NCBI RefSeq assembly: GCF_006345805.1
Contig: NC_043021.1
Location: 2,542,001 to 2,606,000 of the forward strand
Reading direction: 5' to 3'
From: Octopus sinensis
Lineage: Eukaryota
Length of the DNA stretch: 64,000 bases
This document shows positions 38,378-51,499 of this stretch, piece after piece. A program made the translations under genes and the position numbers. Below the pieces are notes generated by a model. It saw nothing but the letters and a program-made list of their open reading frames with translations. It was not told where the DNA came from and made no database searches. How positions within the stretch are numbered: position 1 is the stretch's first letter; each line of letters opens with the position of its first letter.

Positions 38378-39075
38378 TCTGTGGCACTGTGGTTACTGAG
38401 AGTGACTCCGAACAAGAGCAGAGTCTGTGGTATTGTGGTTACTGAAAGTGACTCCGAACAAGAGCAGAGTCTGTGGCTACTGAAAGTGACTCTGAACAAG
38501 AGCAGAGTCTGTGGTACTGTGGTTACTGAAAGTGACTCCGAACAAGAGCAGAGTCTGTGGTACTGTGGCTACTGAAAGTGACTCTGAACAAGAGCAGAGT
38601 CTGTGGTACTGTGGCTACTGAAAGTGACTCTGAACAAGAGCAGAGTCTGTGGTTACTGAAAGTGACTCCAAACAAGAGCAGAGTCTGTGGTTACTGAAAG
38701 TGACTCCGAACAAAAGCAGAGTCTGTGGTACTGTGGTTACTGAGAGTGACTCCGAACAAGAGCAGAGTCTGTGGTTACTGAGAGTGACTCCGAACAAGAG
38801 CAGAGTCTGTGGTTACTGAAAGTGACTCCGAACAAGAGCAGAGTCTGTGGTACTGTGGCTACTGAAAGTGACTCTGAACAAGAGCAGAGTCTGTGCTACT
38901 GTGGCTACTGAAAGTGACTCCGAACAAAAGCAGAGTCTGTGGTACTGTGGTTATTGAAAGTGACTCTGAACAAGAGCAGAGTCTGTGGTACTGTGGTTAC
39001 TGAAAGTGACTCCGAACAAGAGCAGAGTCTGTGGTACTGTGGCTACTGAAAGTGACTCCAAACAAGAGCAGAGTT
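38378..39075. repeat. 46/38-bp minisatellite, about 16 units
   Basis: cagagtctgtgg[tactgtgg]ttactgaaagtgactccgaacaagag with an optional 8-bp module. Confidence 0.95.
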
Positions 39076-40049
39076 AACCTTGAAATGTAGTGCACATAAG
39101 GTTGTGATGCACCTGCCTGGTGTACCCTTATCAGACGGGTAGTCATGATGGGTATACTGGGCTTCGTACATTTTACCCCAGTGTTACTTTGATGGCATGC
39201 ACTGCTCTCTCACTCAATAATAATAGTAGTAGTAGTAGTAATAATAATCCAATAACATCGATGGAATTAGATAAAGGGACCTGTGGAAGACTTGAAGGAA
39301 GTGGTCTTGTAACGAAAAAAAAAAAAAACGAAACACGTGATATCATCACAGGAAAGTTTACAAATTATAAAATAGAAATGGAACAAAATAGTAAGTACAT
39401 AAATTGAGTAATTTCGCATACACTCGAATGTCTACACAATCATATATACATTTTGATACCCGTAGGACTACACATACATCTCAATGTTCAGACAACTACG
39501 TGAAATTTACGGGACACACATACACACGCATATGAAAATATGTGTCACAAACGAAGCAAAAACAAAAACAAAACATTTTTCTTTCGTTTTTTTTTCTTTA
39601 TTTCTTTTCATTTTGTGAATTAACACAGTGAACCATCCACAGGTTTAAAAACACCACCGAAAAAAACCCCAAAAAAACTATACTCCGAGATAAATCTATC
39701 AATAAAAAAAAAAATACAGATGAATACTGATCTGTTAGCCTTAAGATGCCACGTTGCGAGTAATGTTTACATGCAGAGAACACGGAGACGGTGCTGTCTC
39801 AAAAAATTGACCGTAAATAGACAAATCTGTCCCCTAAGGTCAATGTTGAAGCTTGTCATGCCTCACTTGTTAACAAAGCAAAATACAAAGTGGAATGGCC
39901 ATCAACTGGATTACAAAAGACCACGTACTCGAATGTTGAACCAGATTCAGGATGAAAAATCAGCTACTGGTTCCCGACACACAGGAGTTGGAAGTACCCC
40001 ACAACCGGAATATTCCAACAGATGGCCATCCATGCTCGTCATCAAATAA

Positions 40050-43000
40050 CCAAAAGAAAACGAACGAAAAATGATCTAGGGAAGATAATAATATCATGGC
40101 ATATATTTCCCCACAGATAAATCTAACACTGTACAAACATACTTAAACTGGAGACAGAACCACCCTGAAGTAAGACCCTACACAGACAGTAACAAACTTG
40201 CCAATGTCAGAAGAAACATTATGAAAAAAAAATTACTGACTGAAGTAGAGATTGACCAAATTAAACAAGCAGTAAAGAATGAAGCTGTAGCTAAATAATC
40301 TACTACAGAGGAAATAATTATAGACCAGATCAGGGCTGATGAAAACGCAGTAAGGATTAAAAGAGTTAGTGTAATTTTTTTTTTTTTGAAATACTCTCTG
40401 AACCAACCATAAACCCTGAGGCAGATGAAAATCAAATAGATGAAGAAAGTCACACAGAAATTGACCCAACAGAATTACATGATCTAAAAAATCCAATCGT
40501 GACTGAATGGCTGAAAATTAAAGAAACCAGTATGAATGAAAGTGATACTCTCCCCAAAAGTTTGCAATTCTAACCAAAACCTGAAAATAATTGGTAAAAT
40601 CCGCCTTGCACTTACAGATATAATTTCAGATAATAATGTTGATATTACAGATCTCAGTTACCTGTACTATGCATCCATGAAAATCTCAACGATTCGTGAA
40701 ATCATGAAAAGATTAGAAGACGACAACATTCCCACAAAAGCCTTCTTGGCAAAAGCGTATTCAACACCTAATTCAGCTCCTTATGTTTGACATAGAATGT
40801 TTGAAAAACCTTAAGTTTGGCAAGACTACCAAACCTACAAAAACCCAAAAATTAAAGAAAAAATATATGAAAACCATACTTGACATTGATGCCACCATAG
40901 AAACCATCAAGCAAAAGGTTATGTCCTAAAGCTGCTTGCATAGCAAGGTATGAAATGCGCGTTAGATTCTTCAAGGATAACATGTTCAAAAATAACCCCA
41001 AAAATTTTCCGGCCACCACAAACAGTTATAGAAGGAGCCTTTCTTATTCTTCAACATAATGACGGACGCCATCATATCATCGATGCCTTTTCTCTACCGT
41101 CATCACCATCGTCGTCTTAGAACTTCACGTCGTCATCTTCGTCGCCATCACCACTAAGAACAATGTTGTCTCAAGTCCACTACAGTCGCCTTTCCACCGC
41201 CACCGTCGACCAAGATGTACATAGCAACTCGCGGAACTTTAGCTTTCACGCTGTTCGTGCATAGCGCGCCAAGGATTAACAGCCCAGTCTATCTGCGAGA
41301 TTCTTCTGTAACGATTTAACCTGTCACAGCATCGAAGCTACAACTGCTACACATTGTGTTCAACCGGCATCTGCATTTGTGATTTCAACATTCTGTTACA
41401 GAACGAACTGCTATTGTGCATCAGGCTATTAGAGACTGGTAAATTAACTCCATATTCCCAGCAGCATATTCCCTAATGAACAGAAAGGATGTAAACGTGG
41501 ATCCTACGGCTGTAAAGACCAACTACTCATCAATAAGATGATCTTAGAAGATTATCACAAACGACACAAAAACTTATCAATAGCCTGGATAGACTATAAA
41601 AAGGCTTTTGATAGCCTACCACATAGCTGGATTAGGAAATGCCTGGAAATGTATAAGATAGCACCTACTCTGCGAAACTTCTTGACTGTAAGTATGAGAT
41701 CATGGAGAACCACACTGACTTTGAACAGTGACAATGAATCTCTAAATGCTAGAGATGTAAAAATTTCATGTGGCATTTTCCAGAGTGACTCACTATCACC
41801 ACTCCTCTTTTGTCTAGCCTTAATACCTCTCTCAAAATTGCTCAATGATGCACAGTACGGATATAAAATGTTTGATAAAAATATAAATCATCTCATTTAC
41901 ATGGATGATTTAAAGCTCTTTGCAAAAAATGACCAACAACTCAAGGGCTTACTAACGATTGTTAAATAATTCAGTGATGACATCAAGATGCAATTTGGCC
42001 TTGATAAATGTGCAAAAGCTACCTTTGTCAAAGGAAAAATGACGGAAACCTTGACCAGCAGAGCGTCATAAAAGAGTTAGGCAGAGAGCTACAAATACCT
42101 ATGGGTACTTGAAGGGGACAGAATCGGGTATTCAGTGATGAGGGAAAGGATCAGAAGAGAATGTTATCGCAGGGTGAGAGCAATACTCAAGACAGAGCTG
42201 AATGCGAGAAACAGGATCGAAGCGATCATGACTTACAGTTTCAATATCGTTAACTGGTCAAAATATTGAAATATGTAATCTTGACAGAAAAATACAAAAA
42301 TGGTTAACAATGCATAGAATGCACCACCCTAAGGCAGATATAGAACGACTTTATCTGCCAAGAAAAGAGGGAGGCCGTGGACTTTTGCAACTGGCAATAA
42401 CAATGAAGATTGCTACAATTGGCCTAGACACCTACCTGAAAAACTCTGAGGACTGGATGTTAAAACTTGTCTCAAAACATGAAAACAAGAAAGCATCATA
42501 CTCAGTAACAAAACAGGCAAAGGAATATCTAAGTGAATTCCGAATACAACAAATTTCGGAATTAGAGATAGACATACAAGAAACAAGCACAGAAAAAGCT
42601 AGGCGCATGAAAACTCGTGCCAAAACTGCGGCCTTAGATATTCTGACTGATAAATGGCAAGAAAAACCTCTCAATGGCAAATACCCAAAGAGAGTGAATA
42701 ATGCTGATGTTGAGGAAGCCCTGACCCATCAATGGCTAATGGCTTCTGGCTTAACATCTGAAACAGAAGGGTTTATCATAGCAGCCCAAGATCAATGCCT
42801 TCCTACAAGGAACTACCAGGCCGACATATTAAAGAACGGCAGTAGCCCAACATGTCGTGTATGTCAACAACAAAATGAAACCATTGATCATGTTGTCTCC
42901 AAGTGCAGTCTTCTTGCGCCTACAGAGTATCTCAACAGGCATGAAAGAGCTGCACAATATACTCGCTGGATAATTTGCAAAAGCTTGGACTTGCCCCATG

Positions 43001-43050
43001 ATAAAAACTGGTGGGAACACAAACCACCTCCAGCACTTGAAAATGATCAC
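40050..43050 (+). mobile_element. Degraded Dong/R4-type (RLE clade) non-LTR retrotransposon, copy 1; interrupted at about 41020-41450, 3' end missing
   Basis: RT motifs [19 protein letters not shown](S)[15 protein letters not shown]; later CRVC...ETIDHVVSKC zinc knuckle; several stops and frameshifts. Confidence 0.85.
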
Positions 43051-46010
43051 CAAATTCGAAAAGAAAATCAAACTGGAGGAGTAGAATTGAAACTGAGATT
43101 GAATCATTGCGAAGGGAGGTATCAATATTAACTGAGCTGTTTGCTGGAAATGGTGTAAGATCAAGAAAAGGTAGGAAGATTGTGAGAAAATATGGATTCT
43201 CAACAAGAGAAGAACTAATGTCAGCGAAAGAAACACTTAAACAAAATGTTCAAGCAAAAGCTCAGAAAATACGCAGATTTGAGAAAAGAATCAAATGCTA
43301 CAAGCAAAATAAGATGTTCAAATCCGACGCCAAATCATTTTACAGGGAAATAGGGAAGGAAAAAAATAACCATTGAAAATCCACCCCTAATGGAAGAAGT
43401 TGAAGACTTTTGGAAGGGGATCTGGAGTGATCAGAAACCATACAATGAAAATGCAGACTGGATCAAACGCACCCAAGATGCCTACAAAAATCTACAAGAA
43501 CAGGTATGGGAAGACATCTCAATCGCCGACCTAAGGAGGGCACTAACGAAGGCTCATAAGTGGAAATCCCCTGGTATTGATAGAGAACCAAATTTCTGGC
43601 TCTCATCCCTCTTGTCCGCACACAAAATCTTAGTAACACTATTTAATAGTATTATGAAAGACCCGGAAAAAACTCCCCATTGGATGGCAAATGGTATGTA
43701 TTACTTACCTCCTCCCCAAAAATAACAAAACGAAAGACCCCAAAAACTACCGGCCTATAACATGTTTGTCTACTACCTATAAGATTTTGACATCTATTCT
43801 AGTAGAGAAAACATATACGCTTATGGAAGAGAATAACCTCTTTCCCACTGAACAAAAAGGATGCAGACGAGGCTCATACGGATGCAAAGATCAGCTCCTA
43901 ATTAATCGCATGATCCTTGAGAACTGCCATAACAAGCGCAGAAATCTCAGGTCTTCATGGATTGATTATAAAAAAGCCTTTGACAGCATACCACATTCGT
44001 GGATTCTGAAATCGCTGGACATTTTCAAAATTTCCCCTGTGATTTCAGATTTTTTAAAGTATAATATGTCACTATGGAACACGAAGCTCCAATTATGCCA
44101 TTCTAATGGAGTATTGTGCTCAAACAATATTAGTATAAACTGTGGCATTTTCCAAGGTGACTCACTTTCACCACTAATTTTCTGCATAGCACTAATACCA
44201 CTCTCAAGTGAACTGAATAGAACAGGGTATGGCTACAAAATTGACAACAGGAAAATAAGCCATCTATTTTATATGGATGATTTAAAACTATATGGCAAAG
44301 ATGATGAAGAGCTTCAAGGACAACTACATACTGTGAAAGGATTTAGTGATGATATCGGGATGGAGTTTGGCCTTGAAAAGTGTGCCAAAGCCACTTTTAA
44401 GAAAGGGAAATTGGTAAAGTCAAGTTCAATCGAATTAGATGTGGAAACAGTAATAAAGGAACTTGAGCAAGAACAAACCTATAAATACCTAGGAATAAAT
44501 GAAGGCTCTGGTATCCAGCATGCAAGCATGAAAGAGAAGTTTAGGAAGGAATGTTATAGAAGAGTTCGAGCAGTCCTGAAATCTGAGATGAATGCATATA
44601 ATAAGGTGTTAGCCATAAATTCCTTAGCAGTACCAGTTGTTCTATATAGCTTCAATAAGTTTAACTGGAATACCAGTGAAATAATGAAAATTGACAGAAA
44701 AATCCGCGAGCTACTGACTTGTAATAAGATGCACCTTCCAAAGGCAGACGGGGATCATTTTTACCTTCCCAGAGCTCAGGGAGGTCGAGGCTTGATCCAG
44801 CTTGAACTTAAGTACAAAACCACCACAATCAGACTGGCCAAATACCTTGAAACAACCAACGATTGGATGCTAAAACTTGTTGAAAAACATGAAAGACCGA
44901 AAAAACTTCACTCTATTCTGAAAGAGAGCAAAAAATTTGCTACTGATCTCTTAGATACCCAACAGATTGATCAGGTTGAAGGAAATGTGCCAACTGCTGC
45001 TGCAAAGAAAATAAAATTAATTGCAAAGATAAAAGCACATGAAAAATTAGCTAGCAGATGGGAACAGAAACCTCTCCATGACAAGTATGTGGCCCGTAGC
45101 AAAAAAGCTGATGTCAACCAGAAACACACACACCAACGGTTACGAAGCAAAAGGCTAAAAGCAGAGAGTGAAAGTTTCATATTAGCTGCTCAAGACCAAA
45201 GCTTATTAACCCGGAACTATCAAGCCAATGTGATAAAAAAATGGAGCTGACCCAAAATGCCGATTCTGTAACGATGAGATTGAAACAATAGACCACCTAA
45301 TCTCAGGGCGTAGAGTCTTAACACCTGTAGAATATAAAGCAAGACATGACAGAGTTGGCCAGTATTTACACTGGACAATATGTCGGCATTATAAAATCAA
45401 AACCACTGACAAATGGTATAAACACCATCCTGAAGCTGTGACTGAGGGAGAAAATGTGTCGATTCTATGGGACTTCCCCGTACAGGCCGACAAGACTATA
45501 AAAGCTAATAAACCGGATATTATTATAAAAGATCATACAAAAAAGATGTGTTTATTAATTGATATAAGTATTCCTTGCGATCACAATATAGCGGAGAAAG
45601 AATTTGACAAGATTAGTAAATATAAAGACCTGCTAATAGAATTTGAAAAAATGTGGCATCTCAAGGCAACTACAGTACCAGTGATTGTGGGATCTCTGGG
45701 AATGATAAAAAAAGGTACTGAAACCTATTTGAAAATGATACCAGGCTTGCCATCCCTACAGGAAGTACAAAAAATCGTGTTAACTGGAACGGCTCATGTA
45801 CTGAGAAGAGCATTATCGCTGTGAAAACAACATCCATTCATGAATTTATTTGTTTATTAATTTTTTAAAATCCATATTTTACCTGTGAATTTGCGTGTGT
45901 AATCTGGGAATGCATGCAATGAGCTTCTATGCCCTAGGTGTTCGGAAAACATTCGGCGAGAAATGGAAGAAAATTTGAAGAAAGAAGGAAAAAATAAAAT
46001 TAATAATGAT
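43050..46010 (+). mobile_element. Dong/R4-type RLE LINE, copy 2 (different subfamily, 5'-truncated, 3' end present)
   Basis: [52 protein letters not shown]...IDHL, then RLE KPDIII...LIDIS...EKEFDKISKY ending at 45824, followed by a 3' UTR with an AAT-rich tail. At least three frameshifts. Confidence 0.9.
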
Positions 46011-46499
46011 TCTTTCTACTAAAGGAAGAAGACCTGAAATTTTGAGGGGACGGAGTGCTCAATCGTTACTTATTTTATTGTCTCTGAAAGGCAAAGTTGA
46101 GTTTGGCAGAATTGATGCAGAACGTAAAGCCAGAAGAAATTCCACCAAACATTTTGTCTGGTGTACTAATGAGCTTACTAGTGAGCTTACCATGGCTGAT
46201 TGCACTACCAGTGCCTGTTCTGGTACTGTTATTCTATATATTTTTGGCAGGGAGATGAATCGCTGCTATCTCTAGCGGGCGAGTGTCCATCACTGATGAG
46301 ATCAAGGAAGGTAAAAATCATGTGATTTGGTGGTCTTGGCATTGGACGTGGTGGGGATTTATCTCCCCTACTTGCACCAAAAAAGCCAATATCAGAGTTT
46401 CTCTCATGGCATCTGCTGCAGTATAGTTTGTTCTAACACAACATTCACGATTGAGGCAGGACAAAACTTTACAATGATGTTTTGCAACATCCTAGTATG

Positions 46500-47199
46500 A
46501 TGCATCCTTGGCCAGTTAATGGTTTAACATTCCTGCTTCCAAAAAATTATAGACCCATTACCTGCTTAACAACAATGTATAAAACACTAACATCTGTCCT
46601 GACGGAATATGCCTATAGTTTTTTAATAGACAGCAGCATTTTCCCTAATGAACAGAAAGGATGTAAACGTGGATCCTATGGTTGTAAAGATCAGCTACTC
46701 ATCAATAAGATGATCCTAGAAGATTGTCACAAATGACACAAAAACTTGTCAATAGCCTGAATAGACTATAAAAAGGCTTTTGATAGTCTACCACATAGCT
46801 GGATTAAGAAACGTCTGGAAATGTATAAAATAGCACCTACTCTGTGAAACTTTTTGTCTGTAAGTATGAGATCATGGAGAACCACAGTGACAATGAATCT
46901 CTAAATGGTAGAGATGTAAAAATTTCATGTGGCATTTTCCAGGGTGACTCACTATCACCACTCCTCTTTTGTCTAGCCTTAATACCTCTCTCAAAATTGC
47001 TCAATGATGCACAGTACGGATATAAAATGTTTGATAAAAATATAAATCATCTCATTTACATGGATGATTTAAAGCTCTTTGCAAAAAATGACCAACAACT
47101 CAAGGGCTTACTAACGATTGTTAAATAATTCAGTGATGACATCAAGATGCAATTTGGCCTTGATAAATGTGCAAAAGCTACCTTTGTCAAAGGAAAAAT
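46500..47199 (+). mobile_element. Dong/R4-type RT fragment, copy 3 (same subfamily as copy 1)
   Basis: KNYRPITCLTTMYK...[23 protein letters not shown] and GIFQGDSLSP...YMDDLKL; aligns to 41461-42040. Confidence 0.85.
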
Positions 47200-49909
47200 T
47201 CAATAAACATTCAATTTCTTTCAGAAGCTATGGAGAAGAACAGTTCACCTGGCTGCAAATTGGTAAACCATTCTATTTACAGATGGCAGCATATCACCAG
47301 TCATTATGTACTGAATTCAAATCCCACCAAGGTAGACTTTGCCTTTCATTGTTTCGGAGTTGATAAAATAAGTACCAGTTGCATACTGGGGTTGTAGAAA
47401 GGATTATTATTACTGTTATGACTAAGGTAATAAGCTGGCAGAATCATTAGTGCATTGGACAAAATGCTTAGCAGCATATTTCTGGGTCTTTACGCTCTGA
47501 GTTCAAATACTACCAAGGTCATCTTTAACTTTCATCCTCCTGGGGTCAATGTAATCAACTTGACCCCCTCCCAATTGCTAGCATTGTGCCATTAATTTTA
47601 AATAATTGTTATTTAGTGAAGGTGCGTGGTCTAGTGCTTCAGGTGGTGAACTCACAATCTAGTGATTGCAGGTTCAATTCTTTGGATGAGTGGTGTGCTG
47701 TGTTCTTGAGCAAAACACTTTGTCTCACGTCGTTCCAGTCTACTTGGCTGTAAAAGGGTGAAACCTGTGATGGACTAGTCTTCCGATCGGGGGAAGTTAG
47801 TCTGGTCACCTAACCCAGCGGGGTGGCACCACCCAAAAGCTAAAACAATGCAAAGTGTATTGTGACCAGCGATATATAACAACATCTGATAGCCTGGTTG
47901 ATCACGTGATCAACCATTATTTAAATTGAAATTCCCAAACATTCTTGAAGAGACAATGCTAACCTTTTTGTCGTGCACATCATTTCAGCTTGTGTACCAA
48001 AAAAAAAAAAAAAAAAAAAAAAAGCGCAAGAGTGGCTGTGTGGTAAGTAGCTTGCTTACCAACCACAGTGCCACTGCGTGGCACCTTGGGCAAGTGTCTT
48101 CTACTATAGCCTCGGGCCGACCAAAGCCTTGTGAGTGGATTTGGTAGACGGAAACTGAAAGAAGCCCGTCGTATATATGTATATATATATGCGTGTGCGT
48201 GTTTGTGTGTCCGTGTTTGTCCCCCCTAGCATTGCTTGACAACCGATGCTGGTGTGTTTATGTCCCCGTTACTTAGCAGTTCGGCAAAAGAGACCGATAG
48301 AATAAGTACTGGGCTTACAAAAGTATAAGTCCCGGTGTCGAGTTGCTCGATTAAAGGTGGTGCTCCAGCATGGCCGCAATCAAATGACTGAAACAAGTAA
48401 AAGAGTATGAGATGCTGTCTCATCATTTTGATCTTCAATTCTTATTGTGTTTGGTTTTCGCTTTCTAAGATGAATTCACCATCAGCACTGTTTTCACATC
48501 TACTTTCCCATTCTTGCATGGGTCGGACAGAGTTCCTTGAGATAGATTTTCTAGTGCCAGATGCCCTTCCTGGAGCCAACTCTCATTCATTTCCAAGCAA
48601 GTTGATACTTCCCCGTGAACAGGCTGGACATTTATAACAGGGAAAACTGGAGGAAACTAAACACACTGCTTGTATGACAGTGATACTCGTTTACAACAAT
48701 CGTATGATGTCAAATGAAAGGGAGAGAAAGAGAGAGTGGGAGAGGGATACACACACACACACACACACATACAGAGAAGGCTTCTTTTTAGTTTGTGTCT
48801 ACGAAATCCACTGACAAGATTTTGGCCAGCCTGGGGCTACAGTACAAGACATATGCCCAAGGTGCCACAGAGTGGGACTGAACCTGAAACCACATGGTTG
48901 GCAAGCAAACTTCTGAACCACAAAATTTCGAAGTCCTTTGATATCACAAAAGTATCAGGATGTGTTGGTTACTGGCAATAAAGCAATAATAATATTCTGT
49001 ATTTGTCAAATGTTTGATATGAGAAGAATATTCTTGTGTATGATGAATGAGTGAGACTTTGGCATTGAGGAGAAGACCCATCAGGCCAAGTAAAATCGCA
49101 GTTATGGCAGATTCCGGGGTCATACAAATGGCATCCGTGCCAGTGGAACGTAAAAGCACCCATTACACTCTCAGAGTGGTTGGCATTAGGAAGGGCATCT
49201 GGCCACAGAAAACTATGCCAAATCAGACTGGAGTCTGGTGCAGCCTTCCAGCGTGTCAGCCCTGGTCAAACCATCCAACACATGCAAGCACGGACAACAG
49301 GCATTAAATGATGATGCTGCTATATAACAATACCACAGTTTGGCTGAGTGGTTAAGAAGATAGCTTTGCAATGATGAAGATTTGGGTTCAGTCCCACTGG
49401 ACGGTACCTCGGGCAAGTGTCTTCTGCTTTAGCTCTAGGCTGACTAATGGCTTGTGAGTGAATTTGGTAGATAGAAACTGTGTGGAAGCCTGTTGTGTGC
49501 GTGTATGTGCTTGTCTACTGTTTGACAACCGATGTTGGTTTGTTTACTTCCCCATAGTTTAGCCGTTCAATAGAACAAGTACCAGACTTTAAAAATATAA
49601 AAAAATAAATGGCGTTCATTTTTGTTCAACTGGACCAGTCAGGAGTAAACTGCAGCCCATGGCACTTTCTGAATGGCACATCTAATTTCACCAGGAAAAT
49701 AGTATTTATTAAAATTTTCCAGTAGTGCGATCCACATGATGATGAGACACATCTCATGTGGCCTGCTTGCCTGCTTCTTGAAAAAAAAAAAAAAAAGGTC
49801 GTCTGTTCCTGGACTAGATCCTTCAAAGTGGTACTCCAGCCTGGCCACAGTCCAGTGATTGAAACAAGTATCGCATAAAAGAAGACGAAGATGTAAGGGG
49901 TTGTCCTGT

Positions 49910-50131
49910 TCAGCGCCAGATTTGTATCTCACCGTCCAGACTGCAGCATGCCAGGGTACTGGGCAAAACTGGATGGTATGCAACATCCATTGTCACAGAG
50001 AATCCAGTCTCAAGACTCTGCAACATTAAACCATTATAGAAGTGGTAAGTATAAACCTTACCATCTGAACTGCCACTACTTACATATCGGCCATCAAAGG
50101 ATATGTCAAAACCAATCTTGTAGCCCAGCAA
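49910..50131 (-). CDS. WDR25: WDR25 terminal coding exon
   Basis: LLGYKIGFDISFDGRYVSSGSSDGKVYTY...VAYHPVLPSTLACCSLDGEIQIWR* vs human [24 protein letters not shown]...[22 protein letters not shown]; ttttgcag|TTG acceptor; minus-strand AATAAA at 49705-49710. Confidence 0.93.
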   Translation of the reverse strand: MLGYKIGFDISFDGRYVSSGSSDGKVYTYHFYNGLMLQSLETGFSVTMDVAYHPVLPSTLACCSLDGEIQIWR

Positions 50132-50340
50132 CTGCAAAAGAAAGAGAAAAAAATTCTATAAGGCGCAGGAGTGGCTGTGTGGTAAGTAGCTTGCTAACCA
50201 ACCACATGGTTCCGGGTTCAGTCCCACTGTGTGGCATCTTGGGCAAGTGTCTTCTGCTATAGCCTCGGGCCAACCAAAGCCTTGTGAGTGGATTTGGTAG
50301 ACGGAAACTGAAAGAAGCCTGTTGTATATATGTGTGTGTG

Positions 50341-50373
<33 letters not shown>

Positions 50374-50829
50374 GTGTGTGTTTGTGTGTCTGTGTTTGTC
50401 CCCCTAGCATTGCTTGACAACCAATGCTGGTGTGTTTACATCCCCATCACTTAGCGGTTCGGCAAAAGAGACCAATAGAATAAGTACTGGGCTTACAAAG
50501 AATAAGTCCTGGGGTCGATTTGCTCGACTTAAGGCGGTGCTCCAGCATGGCCGCAGTCAAATGCCTGAAACAAGTAAAAGAGTAAAGAGTAAGAGTATAA
50601 TATTTCTATAATATCTGTGCGATGAAGAAGGTCTACAAAAGTACCTGCCCTCAACCATTTCGTCTTATCTCTGTAAGCTGATTACAAAGGTTACTCGCTT
50701 GGCAACAGGTGGGGGTTGGTGTCAGGAAGGGCATCCGGCCGTAGAAAACTTGCCACACGCATAGCGCTGCGTATATGTGCATAGTCGCCAGACTATTGAG
50801 ACGTTTCAACAGGGGAGAGAGAGCAAGCA

Positions 50830-51085
50830 GGTCTCCATAAGTGCTACAGTTCAATGGATCGTGTATTCACTCAACCACAGCTTAGAGAACGGGCGAAAGA
50901 ATGCAAGCTGCCTCTCTGCATCACTTTAGTTGACTATGGAAAGGCCTTTGACAGCGTTGAGGCCAACACAGCACTGAAATTGTTGGAAATGCAAAGTGTT
51001 GAGGTACAATACATCAAACTGCTGAGAGATGTGAACTCTGGATGCACAACAGATACAGCTCTGCTATCACCACCAGTAAGGGTTT
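50830..51085 (+). mobile_element. RTE LINE reverse-transcriptase fragment
   Basis: ERAKECKLPLCITLVDYGKAFDSVE matches RTE RT domain 3 (DYEKAFDSV). Confidence 0.75.
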
Positions 51086-51097
51086 CAAATAAGGAGA

Positions 51098-51395
51098 TAC
51101 TATGGAGTAAAGATTGTTTGCCAACATAAAATGGCAGTCCTGGTTTAGGACGAATGTTGCTGTAATTTAGCCCCAGGAGACATCGTCTCCAGCTGGCTAT
51201 ACAACATGATGTGTCCTTATAATTTCGAACAAGGGAATTTAGCACCCCCACTCATATTGCCTTGTTTAAAAATATAAGGACACAGATCGTGTCATATAGG
51301 TAGCTGGAGACGATGTCTCCTGGGGTTAAAATTACAGCAACATTCGTCCTAAACCATAACTGCCATGTTATGTTGGCAAGCAATCTTTACTACAA
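51098..51395. mobile_element. Palindromic foldback MITE (arms about 135 bp, loop about 20 nt)
   Basis: 51098-51236 is the imperfect reverse complement of 51257-51395; one arm recurs at 25115-25223. Confidence 0.8.
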
Positions 51396-51499
51396 AGTAC
51401 TATTGCTGAACATCTCTTGTTGTAAGATTTGAAAATAGTAATTTTCTAAGGAGATACCATCTTAGTAAAAGTTAGTGTTTCAAAGATTGAGCAGTCGAT

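Noticed and set aside
43691-45250. Active autonomous retrotransposon
   Set aside because: Element is 5'-truncated, has a 4-bp duplication frameshift near 43695, other frameshifts, and a Cys-to-Arg change in the zinc knuckle.
46270-46320. Possible hammerhead ribozyme at CTGATGAG (also 28628-28640)
   Set aside because: No stem II followed by GAAA and no stem III/UH could be built.
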